From Tubiluchus corallicola (lineage: Eukaryota; Animalia; Priapulida), in contig JAQGDQ010001389.1 of assembly GCA_030141605.1 (NCBI GenBank), positions 1-43,162 of the forward strand: DNA of 43,162 nucleotides. Direction: 5' to 3'. This document shows, piece after piece, positions 11,616 through 22,689 of this stretch; position 1 is the stretch's first letter, and each line of letters begins with the position of its first letter. A program made the translations under genes and the position numbers. Below the pieces are notes generated by a model. The model searched no databases. It saw nothing but the letters and a program-made list of their open reading frames with translations, and was not told the DNA's origin.

Positions 11616-11969
11616 AACTTCTAGGTACATGTAGGCGTACCGAAGTCGGATTTAGCTATTTACCTTTTGTGTATTTCCTGCTCTCATTTACCACTAAACC
11701 TGCTTACTTTCTGGCGATAAAATCCTCCCATCGCAGAGATTTTCCATCCGTGTATCTTACTGTGCAGTGTGCTTCTTGTTACAATGTACATTACGCTTAA
11801 CACATGACTTGGAAAATAGTTGTTGTAAAGTGGTTTCATTATAAATGAAATATTGAAGCTCGCATCGTTGAAAAATCACTATAATTATTTACAAGACCTG
11901 TCGAACATTTATGTTGATTAAGTGCCCATAGTTATGAAAAGAAAACTGCCTGCTGTGTTTGTTGTAAAT

Positions 11970-12450
11970 CAGGGGTGTGCAAATTGCGGCCCGCCGAGAG
12001 AATTTGTGCGGCCCGCGAAGAGATTTGTCAACCTAATGAAAGTGCGGCCCGGGCAATTAATTGTGTATCCAGCTGAAGTCCGTGCCACGATCCCAAAGAT
12101 AGTGCGGTTAGTTTTTTCTACTAGATCGGATGCCATTAACCTTTACAAGACGGTTGTAGCTTAATGTCACTGTACTACACAGACTGTGTGATACACATTA
12201 CTAATATGCATTGTAATGAAATTACCACTATCTGTCCTGAAAGTAGAAATATATGGTTTGTAATATGAATTTTAGTAACTTCTAAAGTAGTTTCTCGAGT
12301 GTAGTAGTAATGATGTACGCAGGTCGGATGCAAAAAAAATCGTTATTAGGCCTTTCTGTACTTGGCTCCTTGATCAAACTGCCTGTGGCCCGCAGGAATT
12401 GCGGGAAAGTTTAATGTGGCCCGGCTAGTCAGATAATTTGTGCACCCCTG
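11970..12450. mobile_element. hAT (Charlie/Buster-like) MITE, copy 2
   Basis: CAGGGGTGTGCAAA TIR; TSD TTGTAAAT; inverted relative to 3881-4384. Confidence 0.9.
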
Positions 12451-13094
12451 TTGTAAATGAAACTAAATACTTTTCTATTTCTTATTTGCTAATGCTGCAG
12501 AAAAATACCAACAAAACTTCTGCTGTGTCTTCATAAAGAGAGTATTACATTGTTACGTAATAATTGTACTTATCTGCAGCATAAATGTGTGCTTTGTGTT
12601 CTACTATTGTAGTGCCATCTGTGATTACATTTCATAACTACAGTGTGATAGAATTAGAAGTTAAGTCACATAGCGAAACAAACTGCAAGTGAGTAGTATT
12701 AGTCTTCTACGTTTTGGATTCCTAGTGAGCAAATTTTTTTCTTTAGTTTTTGCATATCAACTGTTCTTAATAAATGCTCTAACTTTGTAGTGGTTACAAA
12801 TGTGCACTTTATAGTGTTTTAGTCACAAGCGTTTGCCATTTTCAGAGCATTAATCAAATTTTCTTACAATGAGATATGTGATGAACTGCTGATTCTTGGT
12901 TTTTTTTATTTGCGTTCGACATTATTGATTGATGCAGAGCCAAGATTCGATTTATCTTGATTGTTACACCGTTCATTTATGTGTAGTTACGTATCTTATT
13001 CGCATTGTTGTTTTCAAACTGTGGTAAGTTGTACTTAGATTAGAAGTTTTAAATCAATTTGAATTCAAAAAGTTTGCAGTTTGTCGCGTAATGG

Positions 13095-13703
13095 CTGTGC
13101 TCTCAGGCATTCGTCAATACAGTTTACTGGCAAAGTTGAAACGGAAATACACAAAGCACAAAGAGAGGCCCGAACGGAAACCATACACTTGTCAGTATTG
13201 TGGTGTGTGTATGACTGATCCCACAAACATGAAAGTACACATCAGAACTCACACGGGCGAAAAACCTTATAAATGTGAGAATTGTGTTGCCTCTTTTGCA
13301 CAGCATTCCTCACTTGTGTATCACTGCCGCACTCATACTGGAGTCAAACCATATATGTGTGAATTTTGTGACACTGCATTTAAAACGTCGTCCCATTTGA
13401 TTGTTCACAGAAGAGCCCACACGCAGGAGAAACCATATAAGTGTGAAATATGTTCCACAGGCTATTGTCTGTTCGTACACTTTAAAATCACACAAGAAAA
13501 CTCACACGAATCCGAGTAGTTTGAGGAAAATTAGCAGCAGTTCACCTGGAAAAAGTGCGAAAAAGATTTTTACCCAAAGTTTACCCAAAAAAGTTACCCA
13601 ACTCCGAGTAACACCATTAAACAAAGTGTGGCTAGTCAAAAATCAGACCAGAACCGAAAGTGCTACGAGTGTGACAAACGTGGTGCCAAATTTAAATCAC
13701 GAT
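13095..13703 (+). pseudogene. Frameshifted partial duplicate of zinc-finger module 3
   Basis: Near-identical to ~9091-9673, with 1-bp insertions near 13133 and 13454 and a TTACCCAA stutter at ~13568-13602. Confidence 0.85.
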
Positions 13704-13879
13704 GAGCACGAATAGCTAACCTTAATTAGGTTTTTTTGATTACGTTGATTGTACTGATTTTGTAAGAAAAGTGGATTAATGCACTTCAAAGTTTAAAACC
13801 AAAGAGCACAAATGTGTTTGACCTCATCAATGTGTAATTAAACTTGTTGTAAAACTGTAAACATAGATCGTAGAAAAGT

Positions 13880-14320
13880 GATAATTTTAGAAAATGAATT
13901 CTAGATTATAGGAAACTGATAATTTTAGAAAATGAATTCTAGATTATTGGAAACTGATAATTTTAGAAAATGAATTCTAGATTATTGGAAACAGATAATT
14001 TTAGAAAATGAATTCTAGATTATTGGAAACAGATAATTTTAGAAAATGAATTCTAGATTATTGGAAACTGATAATTTTAGAAAATGAATTCTAGATTATT
14101 GGAAACTGATAATTTTAGAAAATGAATTCTAGATTATTGGAAACTGATAATTTTAGAAAACGAATTCTAGATTATTGGAAACTGATAATTTTAGAAAATG
14201 AATTCTAGATTATTGGAAACTGATAATTTTAGAAAACGAATTCTAGATTATTGGAAACTGATAATTTTAGAAAATGAATTCTAGATTATTGGAAACTGAT
14301 AATTTTAGAAAATGAATTCT
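13880..14320. repeat. 38-bp tandem repeat, ~11.5 copies
   Basis: Unit GATAATTTTAGAAAATGAATTCTAGATTATTGGAAACT. Confidence 0.95.
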
Positions 14321-14767
14321 CGTTTTTTGGCTGTAGTTTTAATGCAGTTTTGTAGTGCTGCAAACCACAGTATTTATTTGTGAATGTTTGTCATAACTGG
14401 CTGTACAAAAGAAAAGATTGCAATGAGATAGAAAAAATTTGTTGAAAAATTAAGTTTATTGTGCATCCATGTTCGATAAAAAGTTTTCTCTGTCAGCATG
14501 AGATATGCTGTAGGGAACTGCCTGCTGCGTTATAAGAAAAACACTAGCAACATAATTATTGTACTTCTCTCACTGATAGCTGTAGTTAAGTATAAAGTAA
14601 CACACAAACACAGCATATGAAGTAAACACAGATACAGTACAAGACATAATTAAGTATACTTGCAAACCGCTAGCTACTTCTCAAAACCGAGCATTAAAGT
14701 CTAGAATAAAACGACGATCTTGCGTAAAAAAGCACAAAGTTGGATGGAATAACCTTAATATCACAAC

Positions 14768-14853
14768 AAAGACTAGGCATTGTGGGAAGGATTGACAAGA
14801 CTAGGCATTGTGGGAAGGATTAACAAGACTAGGCATTGTGGGAAGGATTAACA
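14768..14853. repeat. 28-bp tandem repeat, 3 copies
   Basis: Unit ACAAGACTAGGCATTGTGGGAAGGATTA. Confidence 0.9.
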
Positions 14854-15298
14854 ATAACAATTGCATAACAGTATGAGATGATGTAAACATCCCTCCCTGT
14901 ACGATACACTGTGACATTTGTGAATGTTTGGAATGTTGCAACAATTTGCCACCAGAGGCAGCACTTAACTCTAGAACAAATACACAATGTAAGGAGTAAT
15001 GTGCTATTGCTGACTACCTCTTACAATTACAATTTTAATAAACGCACAAGGCAAAAAAGTTCAAAACAGTTTAGTTTTTTCGGCAACTGTCGCTAAATAC
15101 GTTTTGTGAGTCGAATAAAATCTTAATGCTACTTATTAACACATAATTACTAGACACTAAACATAATTATGTTTCTTTTTATACTTTAGCAAGTTACGAC
15201 CGTGCCATGGTAGGACACAAGAAGTCGCTCATAATACTGCCACGAGAGCTACTTTATTAATAAAATAAACAGCAATTACTAAGACAAAAATTTCACAT

Positions 15299-15703
15299 TA
15301 TTGGCTGTCAATTGCCGGAAAACAATGGTTAATGACAATGGCAGTTCAACCTGCATTTACAATCTCATTGGCTGTCAATTGCCGGAAAACAATGGTTAAT
15401 GACAATGACAGTTCAACCTGCATTTACAATCTCATTGGCTGTCAATTGCCCGAAAACAATGGTTAATGACAATGACAGTTGAACCTGCATTTACAATCTC
15501 ATTGGCTGTCAATTGCCCAAAAACAATGGTTAATGACAATGACAGTTCAACCTGCATTTACAATCTTATTGGCTGTCAATTGCCAGAAAACAATGGTTAA
15601 TGACAATGACAGTTGAACCTGCATTTACAATCTCATTGGCTGTCAACTGCCGGAAAACAATGGTTAATGACAATGGCAGTTCAACCTGCATTTACAATCT
15701 CAT
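15299..15703. repeat. 67-bp tandem repeat, 6 copies
   Basis: Unit begins ATTGGCTGTCAATTGCCGGAAAACAATGG. Confidence 0.95.
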
Positions 15704-16544
15704 AGACTTGCTGCAAAACAGAATAGTAACTCATTTCCGACAGGGTAGAATACATTGTCCTATAAATAGCCTATAATAATAAATAGTACAGCGCCGCTGT
15801 GGTATTAATACTACAATAAATCTACATATATTTGGACGGATTGTGCAATGAAGTGCAAATGTGAGACGTTTGCGTTAAATATGCAAAAAATACAAAACAA
15901 AATATGATAAAAAAATGAGTTACGCAAAAAGCTTCTAACAATGTCAAACCAGACGAAAAAGCTTAAAGAGATTCGGAATACAGCAGCTATGTGACAAGAA
16001 CATTTTTTGCTGCTCTGTCTACACGTGAGTTGCTCAAAAAGCTGGTCTGCATGCCAGTAAATAAAAAAGTTTGACAAAAATGCAAACAAGATGTAGAAGG
16101 ACACTTTTTTGATGACAATTACAAAGCTTCACAAATCTGGACGGGAACTGAACTAAGAAAAATTTTTTTAGACGAATTACACTCAATTACTTCTTGTTAA
16201 CAGGAACATTATGTATGACTAACCATTTAATTGTTTCCAATATGCATATCTTTATGATCGTTCTGCTCTGCACTTAACATTAACTACACAGCACTGCTTA
16301 TTTGTTCAGTTACAGCATTGTTAAACTTATTGTCAAGAATGCATCACGAATATCTAATGGTAGTAATCTGTCTACTACTCCTACCTATGCCAGAAAATAT
16401 GTATGCAGATATGTAAAAAAACATTCGTTATTACGTCTCATAATTTCAATTATTTGAAATGGCTGTTGCATTTTTTTTCTACATGTATTTATCTACAATA
16501 TCTTTTTGCCTGCACTTCATCTATGTTAAATGTTTTTCCCAAGA

Positions 16545-16815
16545 ACATCTCAAAGATGCTTCATTTTCTGCTCTTTAACACTCTCTCTCTTCGTTTTCCA
16601 TAAACAGTCATCTTCAAACTTCATCTTCAAATTAAAAACTCTTCTCAAAGATGCTTCCTTTTCTTCTCTTTAACACTCTCTCTTCGTTTTCCTTAAACTG
16701 TCATCTTCAAACTGCATCTTCAAATTAGAAACAGTTCTCAAACATGCTTCCTTTTCTTCTCTTTAACACTCTTTCTCCTAGTTTTCCATAAACAGTCATC
16801 TTCAAACTGCATCAC
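16545..16815. repeat. ~95-bp tandem repeat, ~3 copies, in the probable 3' UTR of the minus-strand gene
   Basis: Recurrent TCTCAAAGATGCTTC...CTTTAACACTCT...GTCATCTTCAAACT. Confidence 0.8.
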
Positions 16816-17082
16816 AAACTTGGCCTTTTTCTTAACTTCTCTCATATTTACCCCAAGCTTCCTACTTCACCACCTTCACCTACCTTAATAAATAACAATA
16901 GCAAAACTAATAACCGTTAACACTTGCTACACTACAGCTAAACACTTAACCAAGTACAAAACGCGTGTATTTCTTTTAACAAATTTTTATAATTATGTCT
17001 TAAATGTACAAAATAGTGCAGAATAATACGTTATCACAATAAATACTTTAAATTTGAGTAATTTGGCTAAGCAGACAGACTG

Positions 17083-17201
17083 TTAAACGTAATAATGTCT
17101 TAACGAATCCAAGAGATCGCTTTTTGCTTTTTCTAGATTTGCGTCGGCTACTACGTCGTCTCTTGGTCGCCTTTGGGGAATTGAGATGTCAGTTTGTGGA
17201 C
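17083..17201 (-). CDS. ANKRD26/CCDC144-like coiled-coil gene, terminal exon (..PQTDISIPQRRPRDDVVADANLEKAKSDLLDSLRHYYV*)
   Basis: CAG acceptor; phase 1 matches the upstream exon; the ending resembles the recalled ANKRD26 terminus (..KAS.EY..VLKKNYMI). Confidence 0.8.
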
Positions 17202-18604
17202 CTGTGAACAATAACAGAAATCTTCTGTAAACACAAAATGGGATAGGGATGAGAATGACAAATTGCAAAAAACTCTGAAACAGGCCGTAGGCAGCAGCAA
17301 ATTGCAATTTTGTGACCATAGAGAACCTCTAAATGGACTTAAAATATCAATTACCTTGTTTTATGCATAATTTAAAATACTCAACTATCAAGGATACATG
17401 ATACCTAATTGTTTCAAAAACGCCTAAGTACTGGCTGCTCCTATGCAAAAGTATATAAAAACTGTCTGCAATTGACTCAAATAACTCCGCACAATTGATT
17501 CTATATTTTTATACATAGAGATATACACGTGGTTACACTGATGTACGTGATGTAAGCAAAGTGACGGCCTGCCAACTAGCGGTCAGCTTGTGAAATAATG
17601 TACTGGGTGTGTAGAAATTTTCACAACGAATTTATGCGATTTACAAAAATGGCACTACTGGTCTTCCAAAAACTTGGAATTCTGCGTATCCGGGGAAAAT
17701 TCTCATCCCTGGAATTTTATTTAACTCCTTCAGGACCGCACAACTCTTATAAGACCTATTACTTTTTTGCTACTATTTGAGCACAGACATAACTGAATGA
17801 TTATAAATTATGCGCTGTTTTATTCAAGAGAATGTCGGCTATCCAATCACGTTTTTTGTTTAAACATTTACAACTGATTTAACTAGATAAAATTAAGAAA
17901 AACACGACTTTTTCAAGCACTCCAACTTAGCCTATCCGAGAAGGCTAGTCTGGTGTACATTTGCATGACCGTACACGCTGTTTTATTGATGGCCTGCTTG
18001 ATACAGCCCAAGAGAACTGTCTACTGTACAGAGTTCTAGGAAAAACCAACTGATCAGCCAAGGACAAATTAAGTTTGTTTCATCTTTTAACATGAATTTC
18101 TCCTTGAAAAGAGAGTAGACTTGAGTATTTCAGAGTGTAGTGTCTGGACAGTTGAAACTACACAAGTCAGACTGTATATTGTTACAGTGCAAACACTGCA
18201 GTTACTGAAATGTTTTTTCCATTTTTTTTTATCAAAAATCGATTTTTAATTTGTTTAAGGTAAGCAGATGTGCTTCATATATAATTTCGCTTGAAAATCC
18301 ATTGTGTGAGGAGTAGAAACCTACAAAAATTATCACATATAATGTAACCGCCGCTTAATGAGAGCAGTTCTTCATGTGCAGCAAACTCATACAGTCAACA
18401 AACTCCTGAACGAGTTAAATTCCGACTGAATTCAAGAAAAACTATTTAATTTCTGCTTCATGTACAAACCCACGATAAGTGCAAACATCTAGGTAAATAG
18501 ATGAGTTGTTATTATGTGCATTTTACGATCAAAGTTGAGCAACACTGAGCATGGTGAAAGACCATTTAATGCTTATTCTGGATGTGACGATTATGAACAT
18601 TTAC

Positions 18605-18631
18605 CTCCGACGAGAGAGGATGCATATGTAT
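18605..18631 (-). other. Candidate fossil 27-nt microexon (DTYASSLVG) of the minus-strand gene
   Basis: Good donor (G|GTAAAT); phase 1-1 fits this intron; the acceptor reads TCTCTATTCGG rather than ..CAG. Confidence 0.35.
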
Positions 18632-18644
18632 CCGAATAGAGATA

Positions 18645-19493
18645 CAGTCAACCTTGGGTGTAAGATACTCGCTTATAAGGGACACTTGTTTATAAGGGAC
18701 CACCAACACCGGTCCCGATTTTTCGTAACGTTTTTCCCACGTAAAAATCTTTGTATATAAGGTACTCGGACATATGGGACTTTCGGTTATAAGGGACGAT
18801 ATCTTCAGATCTCGCGTAATAGAAACCCAGGTAAATTACCTCGCATATAAGGGACGATATCTTCAGATCTCGCGTAATAGAAACCCAGGTAAATTACCTC
18901 GCATATAAGGGACGATATCTTCAGATCTCGCGTAATAGAAACCCAGGTAAATTACCTCGCATATAAGGGATGATATCTTCAGATCTCGCGTAATAGAAAC
19001 CCAGGTAAATTACCTCGCATATAAGGGACGATATCTTCAGATCTCGCGTAATAGAAACCCAGGTAAATTACCTCGCATATAAGGGATGATATCTTCAGAT
19101 CTCGCGTAATAGAAACCCAGGTAAATTACCTCGCATATAAGGGATGATATCTTCAGATCTCGCGTAGTAGAAACCCAGGTGAATTTCCCCGCATATAAGG
19201 GACCCTACGATCAAAGCAAAATTGATCGATTTTTAATCTCAATTTTTTACAAACTCGACCTTCGAACAGCTCAGTTTCCATGGTCACATACATCTCGCAT
19301 CACTGAAGGAGCTTCCTACATACCGTTTGCACTGAATGTGTAGCAATAACCCATAAAAATATGGATAAAAGTACAGAAAAGTACAGGTCTAGATACACCC
19401 TCGGTCTGACTCGACTTTGGCTATAAGGGACATCGGATATAAGGCACGGTTTTTATCCGGTCTCGAGGTGTCCCTTACATCCGCGGTTGACCG
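18645..19493. mobile_element. Tc1/mariner (pogo/Tigger-like) MITE with an internal 58-bp array (~7 copies, 18788-19202)
   Basis: TA-CAGTCAACCTTGGGTGTAAG...CTTACATCCGCGGTTGACCG-TA. Confidence 0.85.
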
Positions 19494-19547
19494 TACATAT
19501 AGTCAGAAAGTTTAAATTTTGAAATGTTTTATACAAGGTTCTCATAC

Positions 19548-19717
19548 CTTCTTCTATATGGTCTTTTATACTCTTCTGCACTTGTGCCCTCACTTTGAGT
19601 TTTATCGCCTCCTGTTCCTCCACTGAGAGGGAAGACGGCACCGGCGTTTTTGCCGTAAGTTTAAGCATGCTCATCTGTTCATCCGACTCCGTACGTTTGT
19701 TGTTCAACATGTCTAAA
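19548..19717 (-). CDS. ANKRD26-like gene exon (..LDMLNNKR...KLKVRAQVQKSIKDHIEE..)
   Basis: TAG acceptor and GTATGA donor; 170 nt; phase 2 to 1, consistent with its neighbours. Confidence 0.8.
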
Positions 19718-19785
19718 CTATAACAGAATAAATTTTTATAAAAAAATAAAAGTTTAAAATTTTTAGAATGGTTGATCACATTAAC

Positions 19786-20228
19786 TAGGGTTCCCACAGA
19801 ATTTTAAAATAAATTTCCCCGACTTTTCCCTGACCAAATATTGATTTTTCATGACCAAGACATTTAAACATTTTTATGTATGGAAATGCATACATACACT
19901 GATATATAATGGATCGGCACAGTTGCAATAGTGCTAATAAAATTACACTAATCACATTAAATAAACTTTCTTAATGGAATCCTTACTTTTGGAACAGAAA
20001 TCAAAACTGGGATCTTGTCATAGCAAAATTTTATTTGAGCACGAATCTCTGAAAAATATGTTTGGAAAATATCGGTTTACGGTGATCATCTTTGCAACCC
20101 TTTCCAACTTTTCTGACGTTTTGCACCATTTTCATCATTTTCACTGAGTTTTTATCAAATTATCTTTAACCCTGACTTTCCAGGATAGCCTGTGTTTTCC
20201 AGAATTTTCTCTGACTATGGGACCCCTG
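19786..20228. mobile_element. hAT-like MITE of the same family as 3073-3480
   Basis: TAGGGTTCCCACAG...CTATGGGACCCCTG imperfect TIRs; ATTAAC on both flanks. Confidence 0.7.
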
Positions 20229-20362
20229 ATTAACACTGCATTTCATACGTATCATTTATAACTCATTTCTAAGCTAGACTACGCACTCTTCTCTTACAGA
20301 ACGTAACAGTATATCTGAGTTAAACAATCATAGTTTACATATAATATAGGTGCAACATGAGT

Positions 20363-20911
20363 GGTTGTTGTTGACATCCTTCTGTCTCGGAAGACAATTG
20401 TGCGTGCGCCAAGAGAGTCGGTTATTGATCACATTGAAGGAGCTGCAGCGTCGACTGTGGCTGAGCAGTGCGATCCTTGAACGTCTCCAGGGCGCACGCC
20501 TGGGCAAGCTGTATGGAGATCCTGAGTTGCCCAGACAACAGGAACCCACTCTCTTCCTCCCTGGTGTAGTCCAAAGGAAAGCGGAGCGATATGTTTGGCA
20601 CCAGGTTGGCTGCAGGAGCTGCCGGAGTCAGTGAGCATGCTGCACCGGTCCGCCTTCGGGGCTCCACTCCTGATTTGGAAGGTTTACTCCTCTATACATG
20701 GCCGTTGGGTCACTTGACCTCCTCCGCCCTCTAGCTGTTGGCTGCTGGTGTAGCTCCTCCGCCTAGTGCAATATACAGTGTGGGCATCCCACACGCCTAC
20801 AGCACCTGGTATTCCTAGGTGGTCACCCATCCAGGCACTAACCGGGCTTTAAAAGTTGCTTAATTTCGGTGAACAGACGAGAACCGGTGTTTTCAATGTG
20901 ACATGGCCGTA
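20363..20911 (-). mobile_element. 5S rRNA-derived SINE, copy 2
   Basis: Homologous to 11065-11615 over its whole length; 13-bp TSD GTGCAACATGAGT. Confidence 0.9.
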
Positions 20912-21035
20912 GTGCAACATGAGTAATTCTCATTAATAAATGATGTAATTTACCTACCCCGATCCCAGAGTCCAGGAGAGGAATTTTGGGATAGATCCCA
21001 ATAAGCACAAAGTAGAACGGTTTAGTTGAACTTAC

Positions 21036-21214
21036 ACTTTAGAGTGTTTAGCCATGACGACACTTTCCTTCATCACGTTCAGTTTATCCGACAGCTTCTC
21101 TTTTTCGTGTCTCTCTTTCTCGTAAAGCTCCTGCACCTGTTTGAGTTCTAGTCGTAACGTGTCTTGTTGGGATCGTTCGTCCATGCTCTGCTTCTTCAAA
21201 CTATTTATGGTTTT
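21036..21214 (-). CDS. ANKRD26-like gene exon (KTINSLKKQSMDERSQQDTLRLELKQVQELYEKERHEKEKLSDKLNVMKESVVMAKHSK..)
   Basis: CAG and GTAAGT sites; 179 nt; phase 0 to 2; resembles the DUF3496 segment ELEKYKQLYLEE...LS.KL. Confidence 0.85.
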
Positions 21215-21221
21215 CTGTTAA

Positions 21222-21918
21222 AGGACAAGAAAAGGGTACCTGAAGTAACTTTCAGAAAAATCACCTTAACAACTTATATTACTTTATAGCAATTTTATGC
21301 GTATATTGCACTCGCGTTGAAAGGGATTTTTTTGTTTTCATTTTAAATCTGCGGCAATGCTGTTCCGAAGTCGCCATTATATGACGTCATATACATGTAA
21401 TGTATATAATGTTATGTAATGTAATATAATGTATGTAATATAATGTAAATCAGGGGATGAAAAGGAAATGTTAAATTATGTCCCAAAAAACTTTCCGTGC
21501 AAATCTATTTTACTTAGGTTTTCGCTTACCTACTAGAAAGACTTATGTAACTAGAAAAGAAAATTAATAATTATTTAAAATGTTTTCACCAATTGGGAAA
21601 ATGTCGCTGACTCACCTCCAGGGTGCACCACTCACTAACCAAAAACGTATCTTTAATCTTATTGACAAGATACAGTAATTTTAAATTTTACTTAGTTAGT
21701 GACTTAGCTACGAATGCTCGGATTATCTTTTCGAACTTTACAAAATGTTATCTAAACTTGTTTCAAATGACTTATCACCAAAATGGCTGCGTCTAACGGT
21801 CATTGATTGAAGTCTAACGCTGATTGAAGTCCTGTGTGCAAAAAAGCAGTACGTAAGTGATATAAAATTTCAAGACAAATTTTTCAAGCTTTATGTAAGT
21901 GGAGGGTTTTCTTGTGCT
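21222..21918. mobile_element. Kolobok-like MITE, family A, copy 1
   Basis: TTAA-AGGACAAGAAAA...TTTTCTTGTGCT-TTAA; inverted homolog of 29997-30665. Confidence 0.85.
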
Positions 21919-22443
21919 TTAACAGAATGTGTGTTAGCAGCTAAATCTGTCTTAGATGAAGTCATGGACTTGGGACCACAAACAGTTCTACGCAATTGGT
22001 CATAAGATGACGTGAAGACAAATTGGACCCGTATGTTCAAGTGGCGGCACCCACGGATGAATTTATCGAAACAGATATCAATTTCAAATTAAGTTGCTTA
22101 AAAATAGAAGGAAAACGAGTTGCTCAGTGCCCTCATGCATTAAGACAGCACTGTTTCTATTATGCTATCTGTTGCATACCAGAAATCTTTGCCAAACTTA
22201 CACACACATATAAATAGTATTACAAGATGTCTTATTAGATCACATGCAAGATTTATTGCATGAAATCTTAAAATGTAAATATAATTCGTACCTGGTTTCA
22301 TTAGCTTACACAAATGACCTTGACGCAATAAAGCCGGAAGCAAAATCGACATAGCAACATAGGCTTACCTATTATCTACTTTAAAACAAAGGGAGGGGCC
22401 TTAAACGGTTGCCACGGCTACCAAAAACACGGCGCATACGAAC

Positions 22444-22533
22444 CTGCATGTCTGTCTTTTCTCTTTCATAATTATTTTTCATCTTGAGTTCGTTTACATC
22501 ACGCATGGAATGCATATGGTCATGTTTTTCAGA
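22444..22533 (-). CDS. ANKRD26-like gene exon (SEKHDHMHSMRDVNELKMKNNYEREKTDMQ)
   Basis: TTTTTTTACAG acceptor and GT donor; 90 nt; phase 0-0. Confidence 0.8.
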
Positions 22534-22689
22534 CTGTAAAAAAATAAGCCAGAAATAAAACAAATAAAAAGACACGTGTAGAAGCAACGATTCTTCCATG
22601 TAGTAAGATAAACATGATATGCAGAGGATGCGGTAATAATTTTATTGCGCATTAATTATCAATCATGATAGATTCCTTCACTAGGACAG

